A stretch of DNA of 64,000 nucleotides from positions 1,152,001-1,216,000 of the forward strand of contig CAVQEQ010000003.1 of NCBI GenBank assembly GCA_963711565.1, written 5' to 3'. The position numbers and the translations under genes are program-made. The stretch comes from an uncultured delta proteobacterium (GTDB taxonomy: Bacteria > Desulfobacterota > Binatia > Binatales > Binataceae). Under the pieces are notes generated by a model. The model was not told where the DNA came from and ran no database searches. It was given only the letters and a program-made list of their open reading frames with translations. Numbering within the stretch: position 1 is the stretch's first letter; the number at the start of each line of letters is the position of its first letter. This document shows positions 1 through 9,545 of this stretch, one piece after another.

Positions 1-13
1 TAAACTTGCTGCG

Positions 14-1381
14 ATGTTGCGCGCGCGCGACGTTTCCTCGGTGGAAATGGTCGACGCGTTTATCGAACGGATCGAGTCGGTGAATCGCGGCCTCAATGCC
101 GTCGTCACTCTGGTCGAGGATCGCGCGGGGCGCGAGGCTGAGGAGTCCGACCGGCGTCTATCGGGCAAAGGCGAGATTCGCCCGCTCGAAGGCCTGCCGA
201 TTACGATCAAGGATTCGATCATCACCGAGGGCGTGCGCTCGACCTGGGGCATGAAGCATTTCGAGCATCACGTCGCCACGCAGGACGCGCCGACGGTGGC
301 GCGGCTGCGTGCGGCCGGTGCGATCGTAATCGGAAAAACCAACACTCCCGAAATGACGATGGACTACGACTGCGACAATCCCGTCTTCGGACAGACCAAC
401 AATCCGTGGAATCATGAACGCGTGCCCGGCGGCTCGAGCGGCGGCGAGGCGGCCGCGCTGGCGGTCGGGATGTCGCCGCTGGGAATGGGCTCGGACTATC
501 GCGGATCGATCCGCGTGCCCGCGCATTTCTGCGGTATCGTCGGGCTCAAGCCGACGTGGGGAACGATTCCCGGCAACGGGCATATGGCGCCGAGCATTGC
601 GGCGCCTCCGCCAATCGCGCACATGGCGACAATCGGTCCGATGGCGCGCTACGTCGATGATCTCACGCTCGCCTACAACATCGTGAAGGGGCAGCATCAC
701 AGCGCGCCGTATACGGTGCCGACCGCAGACGCGCATCCGGAGAACGTGGATCTGAAGAAAGTTCGATGCGCGATCTTCACCGACGCGTGCAATGTGCCGG
801 TCACGTCCGACATTCGCGCCGCGATTGAGCGCGCCGGCCGCGAGCTGCAGAAGATGGGTATCGTCGTCGAAGCCGTGAAGCCGCCGGTCGATGACGGCGA
901 GCGTTTGTGGTGGGCGTACCAGAGCGCTGACGGCGGTCAGCTGGCGCTGGAAGAATTGGGCGAGGCCGTGAAACTTTCGCGCGAGCGGCTGCGGAGCGTG
1001 ATGGTCGCGGGCGAGGCCAAGTCGGCGGCCGAGTTCTTCAAGATCGCGATCGAACGCGACGCGTGGCGCGTGCAGTTGGCGGAGTTCATGGAACGCTACC
1101 CGATCATTCTCGGCCCGACGTTCTGCGTCACGGCGTTCAAACACGGTGCGACCGAAGTCGAAATCAACGGCAACAAATATCCGCACTTTCTCGCCGGCTG
1201 GCCGGTGGCGTGGGGAAATTGCGCGGGACTGCCGGGCGTCGTCGTGCCGTGCGGAAAAGATCGCGAGGGGCTGCCGATCGGATTGCAGATAAGCGGGCGC
1301 GCATTCGGCGAGGAAACCGTGCTCGCAGTCGCCAAGGCAGCGGAGACGGCAATGGGCGGGTATCAGAAACCTCCGCTGTGA
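14..1381 (+). CDS. Amidase signature family protein (frame is open to the window edge, so the true start is probably upstream)
   Basis: GLPITIKD, GKTNTPE, PGGSSGG and GSDxxGSIRVPA motifs (Lys-cisSer-Ser triad). Confidence 0.9.
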   Translation: MLRARDVSSVEMVDAFIERIESVNRGLNAVVTLVEDRAGREAEESDRRLSGKGEIRPLEGLPITIKDSIITEGVRSTWGMKHFEHHVATQDAPTVARLRAAGAIVIGKTNTPEMTMDYDCDNPVFGQTNNPWNHERVPGGSSGGEAAALAVGMSPLGMGSDYRGSIRVPAHFCGIVGLKPTWGTIPGNGHMAPSIAAPPPIAHMATIGPMARYVDDLTLAYNIVKGQHHSAPYTVPTADAHPENVDLKKVRCAIFTDACNVPVTSDIRAAIERAGRELQKMGIVVEAVKPPVDDGERLWWAYQSADGGQLALEELGEAVKLSRERLRSVMVAGEAKSAAEFFKIAIERDAWRVQLAEFMERYPIILGPTFCVTAFKHGATEVEINGNKYPHFLAGWPVAWGNCAGLPGVVVPCGKDREGLPIGLQISGRAFGEETVLAVAKAAETAMGGYQKPPL

Positions 1382-1383
1382 GC

Positions 1384-1480
1384 GGGGGGAAGGGCAAATC
1401 AGTTCATTGCATGTGAAACCCGCCGTGGGTTTCACCCTTCCTTGGGCATCGACACCGTCGCGGGGGGTGACCCCTGCACC
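1384..1480 (-). repeat. Two-hairpin intergenic repeat, family A, copy 1
   Basis: Reverse complement reads GGTGCAGGGGTCACCCC..TGCCCAAGGAAGGGTGAAACCCACGGCGGGTTTCACATGCAATGAACTGATTTGCCCTTCCCC; matches 47660-47763 and 57212-57273. Confidence 0.85.
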
Positions 1481-1484
1481 GGTG

Positions 1485-2477
1485 TTATGCGGACTTCTCG
1501 GCCTTCTCGACTGCGTCGCTGTTGCGTTCGGCGCGTTCTCCCCGCGCTGGACGCTCGGGCTTGTCTCCCGTCTTGTCGCCGCGCGCGCGGGGCACGATGT
1601 TGCTCGTGGTCAGCACCTCGATAAACTTGCGCACCGCGGGCGAGAGCTCGCGGCCGCGTTTGTAGATGATCGCAAGCGGGCGCAGGAATGTGCCTTCCTG
1701 GAATTCGAGCATCCGCAGCGTGCCGCGCAGTATTTCGTTCTCGACCGTCATGCGCGGCACAATCGCGCATCCCAGGCCGATCTCGACGGCGCGCTTGATG
1801 GTCTCGATGTTGTCGAATTCGAGCACGTAGGTCGGCTTGACGCCGTGCTCGCGCAGGATTCGATCGGAGGCCTTGCGGGTCGGGATGTCGCGTTCGTAGC
1901 CGACGAACTTCTGACCCGCCAGCTGTCCGACATTTACCTTCGAGTGTTTCGCGAGCGGATTGTCGGGCGGCACGGCGAGCACCAGTTCGTCGTGGCGAAA
2001 CGGCACCGACACGATCTGGCTGCGCTTGGCCGGGTAGGCGACGACGCCGAGATCGACTTTGCCCTCGATGAGATCTTCGTAGATCTTGTTCGAGCGCAGA
2101 TACTCGAGATGCACGTTGACCGCCGGATAGTTGCGCAGAAATTCGGTCAGATAGGGCGGCAACTCGTGCAGGCCGACGCTGTAAACGGTGCCGACGCGGA
2201 TCGCGCCGGCGACTACCGAGCCGATCTCGCGCAGCCTATTTTCCAATTCCAGAAAACGGCGCACGATTTCCTTGCTGGCGGTGTATAGAATCTGGCCGGC
2301 CGGTGTGGGTTTGACTCCGGCTCGTCCGCGTTCTATCAATCGGCAGTCGTACTTTTCTTCCAGGCTTCGGACCTGCTGGCTGACCGCCGATTGAGTAACG
2401 AAGTTTTGTGACGCGGCATAAGAAAAGCTTCCGCTCTCGATTATGTCGCAGAAGACCTTTAGCGTTTCGATGTGCAT
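1485..2477 (-). CDS. LysR family transcriptional regulator
   Basis: N-terminal HTH (SFSYAASQNFVTQSAVSQQVRSLE) plus substrate-binding domain; divergent from the acyl-CoA dehydrogenase. Confidence 0.95.
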   Translation of the reverse strand: MHIETLKVFCDIIESGSFSYAASQNFVTQSAVSQQVRSLEEKYDCRLIERGRAGVKPTPAGQILYTASKEIVRRFLELENRLREIGSVVAGAIRVGTVYSVGLHELPPYLTEFLRNYPAVNVHLEYLRSNKIYEDLIEGKVDLGVVAYPAKRSQIVSVPFRHDELVLAVPPDNPLAKHSKVNVGQLAGQKFVGYERDIPTRKASDRILREHGVKPTYVLEFDNIETIKRAVEIGLGCAIVPRMTVENEILRGTLRMLEFQEGTFLRPLAIIYKRGRELSPAVRKFIEVLTTSNIVPRARGDKTGDKPERPARGERAERNSDAVEKAEKSA

Positions 2478-2703
2478 ATTGCTGGCTTGACGTATAAGGC
2501 TACGTGATACTTAAATCGGAGGCAACTAGTAGGCGCGATAAGAGAGTTTTCGCCTCGAACCAGCGTGCGGAACGAATCGGCGCGGGTCAAGAGGGGGCAA
2601 TACCGAGAGCGATATTTTAGTCATCCTTAAGAACAATCAACCCGGACGGAATTTTGGCGGTTAGAGGCCCCGAATTTGGATTTGAACACCCTTCAGAAAT
2701 CGC

Positions 2704-3885
2704 ATGGAGCGCAAGATGTCGGATTTATTAAGAGACCTCGACTTTTTTCACCTCGACGACCTGCTGACCGACGAAGAGCGAATGGCTCGCGACACGGCCA
2801 AGCGGTTCGTCGATCGCGAGATTCTGCCACTGATCGAGCGCAATTTTGCGAGTGAAACCTTCCCAATGCATCTCGTACCGCAAATGGCGGAGCTTGGGAT
2901 GTTCGGAGCTAACCTGAAGGGCTACGGATGCGCGGGCATGAATAACGTAGCCTACGGCCTGATCATGCAGGAGCTCGAAGCTGGAGACTCGGGGCTGCGG
3001 TCGTTCGCGTCGGTGCAGAGCGCGCTTTCGATGTACGCGATTTATGCAAACGGCAGCGAGGAACAGAAGCAGCGCTACTTGCCGGAAATGGCGAAGGGAA
3101 AATTGATCGGATGCTTCGGGCTGACGGAACCGGACCACGGCTCGGACCCCGGCGGGATGGAAACGCGGGCGCGCCGCGACGGCGACGGCTGGATTCTCAA
3201 CGGGACCAAGCGATGGATCACGAACGGCTCGATCGCCGACATCGCGATCGTGTGGGCGAAGGTCGATGAGGGCATAACCGGCTTCCTGGTCGAGAAGGGG
3301 ATGCCGGGATTCTCGACGCGCGACATCCACGGGAAATTTTCGATGCGCGCGTCAATCACGTCCGAGTTGATTCTGGAAGACGTGCGAATTCCGAAGACTG
3401 CGCATCTCGAGAAAGCGCGCGGGCTGAAGGGTCCGCTCGGATGCCTGACGCAGGCGCGTTACGGAATCGCGTGGGGCGCGATCGGCGCCGCGCGATCGTG
3501 CTTCCATTGCGCGCTGGACTATACGAAATCGCGCAAACAATTCTCGCGTCCGCTGGCGGGCTATCAACTCGTGCAGGCGAAGTTGGTGAAGATGCTGACC
3601 GAGATCACCAAGGCTCAGATGGTTTGCCTGCGTCTCGCGCATCTTAAGGATCAAGGCAAGATGCGTCCCGAGCACGTGTCTTTCGCGAAGCGGAACAACG
3701 TCAACGAGGCGCTGAAGATCGCACGCGACGCTCGCGACATGCTGGGCGCCAACGGGATCGTCAACGAGTACCCGGTGATTCGCCACATGCTGAATCTCGA
3801 GACGGTGAATACCTACGAGGGCACCTTCGACGTGCACACGTTGATCCTCGGCCGCGACATCACAGGCGAGAACGCGTTCGAGTAG
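2704..3885 (+). CDS. Acyl-CoA dehydrogenase, glutaryl-CoA dehydrogenase-like
   Basis: GCFGLTEPDHGSDP, NGTKRWITN, RYGIAWG, NTYEGTFDVH motifs. Confidence 0.88.
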   Translation: MERKMSDLLRDLDFFHLDDLLTDEERMARDTAKRFVDREILPLIERNFASETFPMHLVPQMAELGMFGANLKGYGCAGMNNVAYGLIMQELEAGDSGLRSFASVQSALSMYAIYANGSEEQKQRYLPEMAKGKLIGCFGLTEPDHGSDPGGMETRARRDGDGWILNGTKRWITNGSIADIAIVWAKVDEGITGFLVEKGMPGFSTRDIHGKFSMRASITSELILEDVRIPKTAHLEKARGLKGPLGCLTQARYGIAWGAIGAARSCFHCALDYTKSRKQFSRPLAGYQLVQAKLVKMLTEITKAQMVCLRLAHLKDQGKMRPEHVSFAKRNNVNEALKIARDARDMLGANGIVNEYPVIRHMLNLETVNTYEGTFDVHTLILGRDITGENAFE

Positions 3886-3948
3886 GCGTCGGCTCTTACC
3901 ACGGTCGCTATCGGTCGTGCTAGAACTCCGAGTCAGGGAGAACTCACC

Positions 3949-4311
3949 ATGATTAAGGCAAAGGCGTTCAATCATGCGGCGTTTCGCGTCAGCAACGTCG
4001 AGAAGGCGACTGCCTTCTACGAAAACGTGATCGGGCTGAAGCGGTTGCCGCGTCCCAACTTCGGATTCGGCGGCGCGTGGTACGGGATCGGCAACAACGC
4101 GCTGCATATTATCTCGAGCGAGAACCGCGGCCAGAGGCCCGATCCGCTCGGCGCGCACGTCGCGTTCAACGTCGAGGACTTCGAGGAGACCAAGCGCACG
4201 CTCAAGGAAATGGGCATCGAGTTTCTCGAGGGGCCAAACATGGGCGCGGGCCGTCAACTGTGGATCCTCGATCCCGACGGCAACACGGTCGAGCTACGCA
4301 CGGAAAAGTAA
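3949..4311 (+). CDS. VOC/glyoxalase family protein
   Basis: NHAAFRV, HVAFNV, DPDGNTVE motifs; GGAG ribosome binding site. Confidence 0.9.
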   Translation: MIKAKAFNHAAFRVSNVEKATAFYENVIGLKRLPRPNFGFGGAWYGIGNNALHIISSENRGQRPDPLGAHVAFNVEDFEETKRTLKEMGIEFLEGPNMGAGRQLWILDPDGNTVELRTEK

Positions 4312-5277
4312 ATGAGCTCACTTCGGTTCGGCCCGGACAATTCGGCGGCAACCTACGTCGCTCACGCGTACCCGGAGCATACGATCGACACCGGCGAGGC
4401 CGTCATCAACTACGCGGTCGCGGGAAAGCCCGACAAGCCCGCGCTGCTACTGATCCCGGGGCAGACAGAATCGTGGTGGGGCTATGAGAATGCGATGGGC
4501 CTGCTGCAGGAGCATTTCCAGGCGTTTGCGGTCAACCTGCGCGGGCAGGGAAGATCGAGCAGGACGCCGGGGCGCTACACCGTCGATAATTTCGGCAACG
4601 ACCTTGTGCGCTTCATCGCGCTCGCGATCGGGCGACCCGTAATCGTCAGCGGTCTTTCGTCAGGCGGCGTGATCTCGGCGTGGCTGTCCGCATACGCGAC
4701 ACCGGGCACGATCCGCGGCGCTGTCTACGAAGACCCGCCGCTGTTCTCCTCGGAGGTCAACACGTCGTGCGGACCGCCTATGCCGCAGACGATCGGGCCG
4801 ATCTTCAAGTTGATGAGCAAATACCTTGGCGACCAGTGGAGCGTCGGCAACTGGGACGGAATGCTCGAAGCGGCCAAGACCGAACTTCCCAACTGGCTTT
4901 CGCAGGCGATCGTCCCAATGATGTTCAGTGGCGACGGCCAAATCCCGCAGCGAATGAAGGAATACGATCCCGAGTGGGCGCGCGCGTTCTGGGAGGGCAC
5001 AGTATTCGCGAGCTGCGACCATGCGCGGATGCTCGCCAGCGTCAAATGCCCGGTGTTGTACACGCACCATTTCCGCTACGTGGACGAAAACGACGGCCAT
5101 TTGATGGGCGCCGCTTCGGACGTGCAGGCAAAGCGCGTGTGTGAGCTGGTCAAGCTCGCCGGCCAGACGATTGACTACCGGTCGTTCCCGCAAATGCCGC
5201 ACTCGATGCACGGCGAAGCGCCCAAACAGTTCGCCGATCTGCTCGTCGAGTTCGCGGCGAAGCTCGGGAAGTCTTAA
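4312..5277 (+). CDS. Alpha/beta hydrolase (putative esterase)
   Basis: GLSSGG nucleophile elbow, LRGQGRS, C-terminal His (PHSMH). Confidence 0.85.
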   Translation: MSSLRFGPDNSAATYVAHAYPEHTIDTGEAVINYAVAGKPDKPALLLIPGQTESWWGYENAMGLLQEHFQAFAVNLRGQGRSSRTPGRYTVDNFGNDLVRFIALAIGRPVIVSGLSSGGVISAWLSAYATPGTIRGAVYEDPPLFSSEVNTSCGPPMPQTIGPIFKLMSKYLGDQWSVGNWDGMLEAAKTELPNWLSQAIVPMMFSGDGQIPQRMKEYDPEWARAFWEGTVFASCDHARMLASVKCPVLYTHHFRYVDENDGHLMGAASDVQAKRVCELVKLAGQTIDYRSFPQMPHSMHGEAPKQFADLLVEFAAKLGKS

Positions 5278-6704
5278 ATCCCTGCGAGCTTGCGCGCGTA
5301 CGCGGCGACCGTCTTGAAGTCGTACTCGCGGTAGGCCTGCAGCTTCTCGGCTTCGAAGCCGCCTTCCGCGTGCACCGCGAGCACTTCCTGGTAGCCCCCG
5401 AAATCCGACGACGTCAGATCGCCAATCAGGTTCAGCAGACGCAGCCGCTTCTCGGAGTCGAAGCCCTTCGCACCGCCCATGTATTTCAGCACGTAAGCGC
5501 GCGTCGCCTCGCTCGTGAGATCTTCGGCGGCCGGGCCCGTCACCAGCAGGCCGCCGGCGAGATCCTGCACGATTTGCACGGCCTGATGGTAATTGTGCGC
5601 GAAGTGATATTTCGCGACGTTGGTTAGCAACGTGTTCGGCACCGCGACGCCGTCCTCGTAAGTGCAGGTGCGCGCGGCATGCTCGATCAGTCCGCGCACC
5701 GTGGTGTGGTACGCCGCGAGATGCGTGAGCTTGTCGCGCACGTGACCCGCGCGCGAGATTCCGTTGGCCTCGGCGATCGCATGGCCGGCGCCCGCCATCA
5801 GTTCGAGCAGCGGCAGTTTGTACGACACCGCGGTGAAGCGATGGAATCGCACGAAGGTCAGCGCGAGCAATCCGGCGAAATCGATCTCGCCTTGGAGGAA
5901 CACGCGCTCCTTCGGCACGAACACGTCGTCGAAGACAGTCAGCGTCTCCATCATCTTGTGCCGCGCGCTGATCGGATGCTCGAAATCATTTTTATCCGAG
6001 CTCCCGTGCGGCGACGCGAGCAGCTTCAGCCCCGGCGTGTTGATCGGTAGCGCGAACGCGACCGCGTAAGCCTTGTCCTCGGCGCGCATCGCACGCGTCG
6101 GCAGCACGATCACTTCGTTAGTATTGGTCGAGACGCTGGTGTGAACCTTCGCACCGCGCACGACGATTCCGTCGGGACGCTCCTCGACGATGCGCACGTA
6201 ATAATCCGGATGGTCCTGCTGCGTCGGGCCCAGCGCGCGATCGCCTTTGACGTCGGTTTGCGCCACTGCCACAGCGAGATCGTTGTCGCGGCAATTGCGG
6301 TAGTACTTGCGGATGCGCTCGCGATACTCGGGCTTGCCGGCAGCCGCGAGCCGCTCGCCGATGATATGCAGCGCGAGGAGAGCGTCGGTGCCGATTTCCT
6401 TGATCAGCACCACCAGCGTCGCACCCTCGCGCGTCGAAGCCGCAATCAGCTCACTGCGCTTGAGCAGGTCGTCGCCATTCTGCGGAACGTGATAATAGCG
6501 GCTGTATTCGTCGGCGCCCTCTTTCACCACGGCGAGTTCGCGATACTTTGGATCGTGCGCCATCCGGTAGTCGAGCGCGGCATGCTCGACGGCGATTCCG
6601 ATAACGGGATGTGTCGTTACGTCCGCGACTTTTTCGCCGCGAAAGAACACCGCGCGGCCATCGCGCAGCGAGCTTTTATATTGTTCCGCCGTCCGTAGTG
6701 CCAT
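5274..6704 (-). CDS. 4-hydroxyphenylacetate 3-hydroxylase / 4-hydroxybutyryl-CoA dehydratase family flavoprotein
   Basis: YKSSLRDGRAVFFRGEKV, AQTDVKGDR, GIVVRGAKVH, VFDDVFVPKERVF; AGAGGA RBS before ATG at 6704. Confidence 0.88.
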   Translation of the reverse strand: MALRTAEQYKSSLRDGRAVFFRGEKVADVTTHPVIGIAVEHAALDYRMAHDPKYRELAVVKEGADEYSRYYHVPQNGDDLLKRSELIAASTREGATLVVLIKEIGTDALLALHIIGERLAAAGKPEYRERIRKYYRNCRDNDLAVAVAQTDVKGDRALGPTQQDHPDYYVRIVEERPDGIVVRGAKVHTSVSTNTNEVIVLPTRAMRAEDKAYAVAFALPINTPGLKLLASPHGSSDKNDFEHPISARHKMMETLTVFDDVFVPKERVFLQGEIDFAGLLALTFVRFHRFTAVSYKLPLLELMAGAGHAIAEANGISRAGHVRDKLTHLAAYHTTVRGLIEHAARTCTYEDGVAVPNTLLTNVAKYHFAHNYHQAVQIVQDLAGGLLVTGPAAEDLTSEATRAYVLKYMGGAKGFDSEKRLRLLNLIGDLTSSDFGGYQEVLAVHAEGGFEAEKLQAYREYDFKTVAAYARKLAGI

Positions 6705-6823
6705 CGTCGATTTATCCTCTTCAGTAATCGCGCCGCTATTGGCGTTCAGTTGCGACGCGTGCGAAACGCCAATATAGAAGCGGTGAGCGTTCGCTGTCCA
6801 ACAGCCTGCGCGGGAGAAGCGCA

Positions 6824-7588
6824 ATGGCGAGTCCGAAGATGTTTGATTTGAGCGGCGAGGTCGCCGTCGTCACGGGCGGCAACGGCGGAATTGGGAGTGG
6901 GATCGCGCTTGGATTTGCCGAGGCGGGAGCGGCGGTCGCGATCCTCGCGCGCAACGAGGAGAAGAATCGCGCAGTGGTGGACGAGCTCACGAAGGCGGGC
7001 GTGCCGGCGCTCGCCGTACACCTCGACGTGACGCGGCGCGATGACCTGCGGCCCGCGATGGAAGAAGTCGAGCGCAAGCTGGGACCGATCTCGATTCTCG
7101 TCAACAACGCCGGCATCGCGATCATGCGCAGCACGTTGAAGTTCAGAGCCGAGGACTGGGATCGCGTGATCGAAACGAACCTGAACTCGTGCTTTTTCCT
7201 GTCGCAGATCGCGGCGCAATCGATGGTCACGCGCAAGCGCGGCAAGATTATCAATATCGCGAGCGAGTACTCGCGCTTCGGCGCGCAGAGCGGGATTCCC
7301 TACGCGGCGGCGAAAGGCGCGCTGGTGCAGACGACCAGGACGATGGCGATCGAGCTTGCGCCGCATAACATCCAGGTCAACGCGATCGTGCCGGGATGGA
7401 TCGACACCGAGATGACGGTGGGCGCGCAGAGCGGCCCGATGTTCCAGGAGATAATCATGCGCACGCCGGCCGGCCGTTTCGGCAAGCCCGAGGAAATGGC
7501 GGGTGCAGCAGTATTCCTCGCCTCGCACGCGTCGGACTTCGTGACGGGCTCGACCGTCTACGTCGATGGCGGCTACGCGATCAGGTGA
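6824..7588 (+). CDS. Short-chain dehydrogenase/reductase (KduD/gluconate 5-dehydrogenase-like)
   Basis: TGGNGGIG, NNAG, YAAAK motifs. Confidence 0.92.
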   Translation: MASPKMFDLSGEVAVVTGGNGGIGSGIALGFAEAGAAVAILARNEEKNRAVVDELTKAGVPALAVHLDVTRRDDLRPAMEEVERKLGPISILVNNAGIAIMRSTLKFRAEDWDRVIETNLNSCFFLSQIAAQSMVTRKRGKIINIASEYSRFGAQSGIPYAAAKGALVQTTRTMAIELAPHNIQVNAIVPGWIDTEMTVGAQSGPMFQEIIMRTPAGRFGKPEEMAGAAVFLASHASDFVTGSTVYVDGGYAIR

Positions 7589-7598
7589 ACGAGCAACG

Positions 7599-7970
7599 TT
7601 GTCGACGAAATTCTACGAACTCCACGGCGTCCGCGTCGTCGAATGCGTGGCGGACGGAGCGCGGCTGCAAACCTATCAAGACGCCGTCGATTTGATCGGC
7701 AAGTCATTTGAGAATCACGCCACCCTGATCGTGCTTCCGGTCGAGTGCCTTGACGATGATTTCTTCCGCTTGAGCACGCGCATCGCCGGCGAGCTGATAC
7801 AGAAATTCGTGCAATATCAGCGGCGCCTCGCGATCGTCGGTGACATCTCGCGTCATCTGGCTGAGAGTTCCGCCTTGCGCGCTTTCGTGGCGGAGTCGAA
7901 TCGCGGCAAGGAAGTGTGGTTCCTCGCGAGCCTCGATGAACTCGAGCGACGGCTCGCGCCGACGGTTTAA
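7599..7970 (+). CDS. DUF4180-like protein
   Basis: DDFFRLSTRIAGELIQKFVQY..LAIVGDIS..SALRAFVAESNRG; TTG start inferred. Confidence 0.75.
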   Translation: MSTKFYELHGVRVVECVADGARLQTYQDAVDLIGKSFENHATLIVLPVECLDDDFFRLSTRIAGELIQKFVQYQRRLAIVGDISRHLAESSALRAFVAESNRGKEVWFLASLDELERRLAPTV

Positions 7971-8003
7971 CGCAAGCGGCGCGGCGGCGTAAGATGCCGC
8001 ATC

Positions 8004-9545
8004 ATGGCTCGACGCAAAACTCCCTCCTCCGTCAATAATGAACCTGCGCGTCATGAGCACGGCCTGCCGGCGCTTAAGCCGCTGCGCGTGCTCGTGGCGG
8101 GCGAGGTAATCCTCGATCGATATTTGTGGGGCGACGTCTCACGGATTTCGCCGGAGGCGCCGATCCCGATTCTGCGCGTGCAGCGGCGCGAGGAGAAGCC
8201 GGGCAACGCGGGTTTCGTGATGGCGAACTTGCGCGCGCTCGGCGCGGAGGTGAGCGCGCTGAGCGTCGTCGGCTCGGATCGCAACGGCAGCCTGCTGCGC
8301 GAAATTTTCGCCGATCTCGGAATCGATACGCGCTCGATTCTGATCGATCCCGACCGCCCCACGATCGTCAAGGACCGGATGCTCGGCAGCGTGCAGGCGG
8401 CCCATCGCGCGACCCAGCAACTTCTGCGCGTCGACGAGGAAGACCCGACTCCGCTCAAGCCGCCGCGCGAGCGCGAGTTGATTGCGCGCCTCAAGTCGGA
8501 ACTTCGCAACTGCGACGGCGTGCTGATTTCGGATATCGACAAGGGGATGCTGACGCCGGCGGTGCTGCGCGCGCTGATCGACGGCGGCCGCGCGCGCGGT
8601 ATCCCGGTGATAGTCGATCCGCGCCGGACGGATGATTTTTCGATCTATCGCGGCGCCACAGCGCTCACGCCCAATCGCTACGAGACTGAAGTCGCGACCG
8701 GGATGCGGCTCACCGACCGCGGCGCGTGGCGGAAAGCGGCCGAGACTCTCGTGCGCAAGCTCGGGCTGGAGGCGTGCCTCATAACGCTCGATCGCGACGG
8801 CATGTATCTCGCCGAGCGCGGCGGCAAGGACACTTACGTCTCGACCGCGCCGCGCGAAGTTTACGACGTAACGGGCGCGGGCGACGTGGTGCTGAGCGTG
8901 TTCGGGATGTTTTCGATCGCGGGACTCGGCTTCTCGTCGGCCGCGACGATCGCGAACCTGGCCGCGAGCATCGAGGTGACGCGCATCGGCACCGAAGTGA
9001 TCACGCGCGAAGATCTTGCGCGCGCATTGAGTCCCGCGCACGCCAGCTACGAGCGCAAAATCCATTCGGTCGATGAACTCAAGGCTGCGCTCGAGCGCGA
9101 GCGTCGCGCCGGCCGGCGGATCGCATTCACCAACGGATGTTTCGATCTGATCCACGCAGGCCATATCCAGAGTCTCGCGTTTGCACGCGCGCAGGCCGAC
9201 GTGCTGGTGGTCGGCCTCAACAGCGATCGCAGCGTGCGGCAGCTCAAGGGCGACGGCCGGCCGGTTTATCCCGCCGCTGAGCGCGCGCGAATCCTGGCCG
9301 CGCTCGAGGCGGTGGACTACGTAGTCGTGTTCGAGGAAGCGCGCGCCGAGAAACTTATTCGCGCGGTCAAGCCCGACGTTCTGATCAAGGGCGAAGACTG
9401 GCGCGGCAAGCAGGTTGACGGCCAATCGTTCGTAGAGTCACGGGGCGGCAGAGTCGCGCTCGCGCCGATTCTGGGCGGACGCTCGACGAGCGCGACTATT
9501 GATCGGATGGGCTCGAGGGCGGGCGCGGGAAAAAACGGCGCGTGA
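8004..9545 (+). CDS. hldE: Bifunctional heptose-7-phosphate kinase / heptose-1-phosphate adenylyltransferase
   Basis: SRISPEAPIP, DVTGAGD (PfkB domain), FTNGCFDLIHAGH (nucleotidyltransferase domain). Confidence 0.93.
   Translation: MARRKTPSSVNNEPARHEHGLPALKPLRVLVAGEVILDRYLWGDVSRISPEAPIPILRVQRREEKPGNAGFVMANLRALGAEVSALSVVGSDRNGSLLREIFADLGIDTRSILIDPDRPTIVKDRMLGSVQAAHRATQQLLRVDEEDPTPLKPPRERELIARLKSELRNCDGVLISDIDKGMLTPAVLRALIDGGRARGIPVIVDPRRTDDFSIYRGATALTPNRYETEVATGMRLTDRGAWRKAAETLVRKLGLEACLITLDRDGMYLAERGGKDTYVSTAPREVYDVTGAGDVVLSVFGMFSIAGLGFSSAATIANLAASIEVTRIGTEVITREDLARALSPAHASYERKIHSVDELKAALERERRAGRRIAFTNGCFDLIHAGHIQSLAFARAQADVLVVGLNSDRSVRQLKGDGRPVYPAAERARILAALEAVDYVVVFEEARAEKLIRAVKPDVLIKGEDWRGKQVDGQSFVESRGGRVALAPILGGRSTSATIDRMGSRAGAGKNGA

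Noticed and set aside
490-520. Amidase motif GSDYRGS instead of GSDxGGS (similar single deviations: YSS in the serine hydrolase, NVVRH in PhoH)
   Set aside because: Single substitutions cannot be told apart from sequencing error or tolerated variation without reads and alignments.
9496-9545. 50-bp convergent overlap of hldE and murJ
   Set aside because: Involves only low-complexity C-terminal tails; common in GC-rich genomes.
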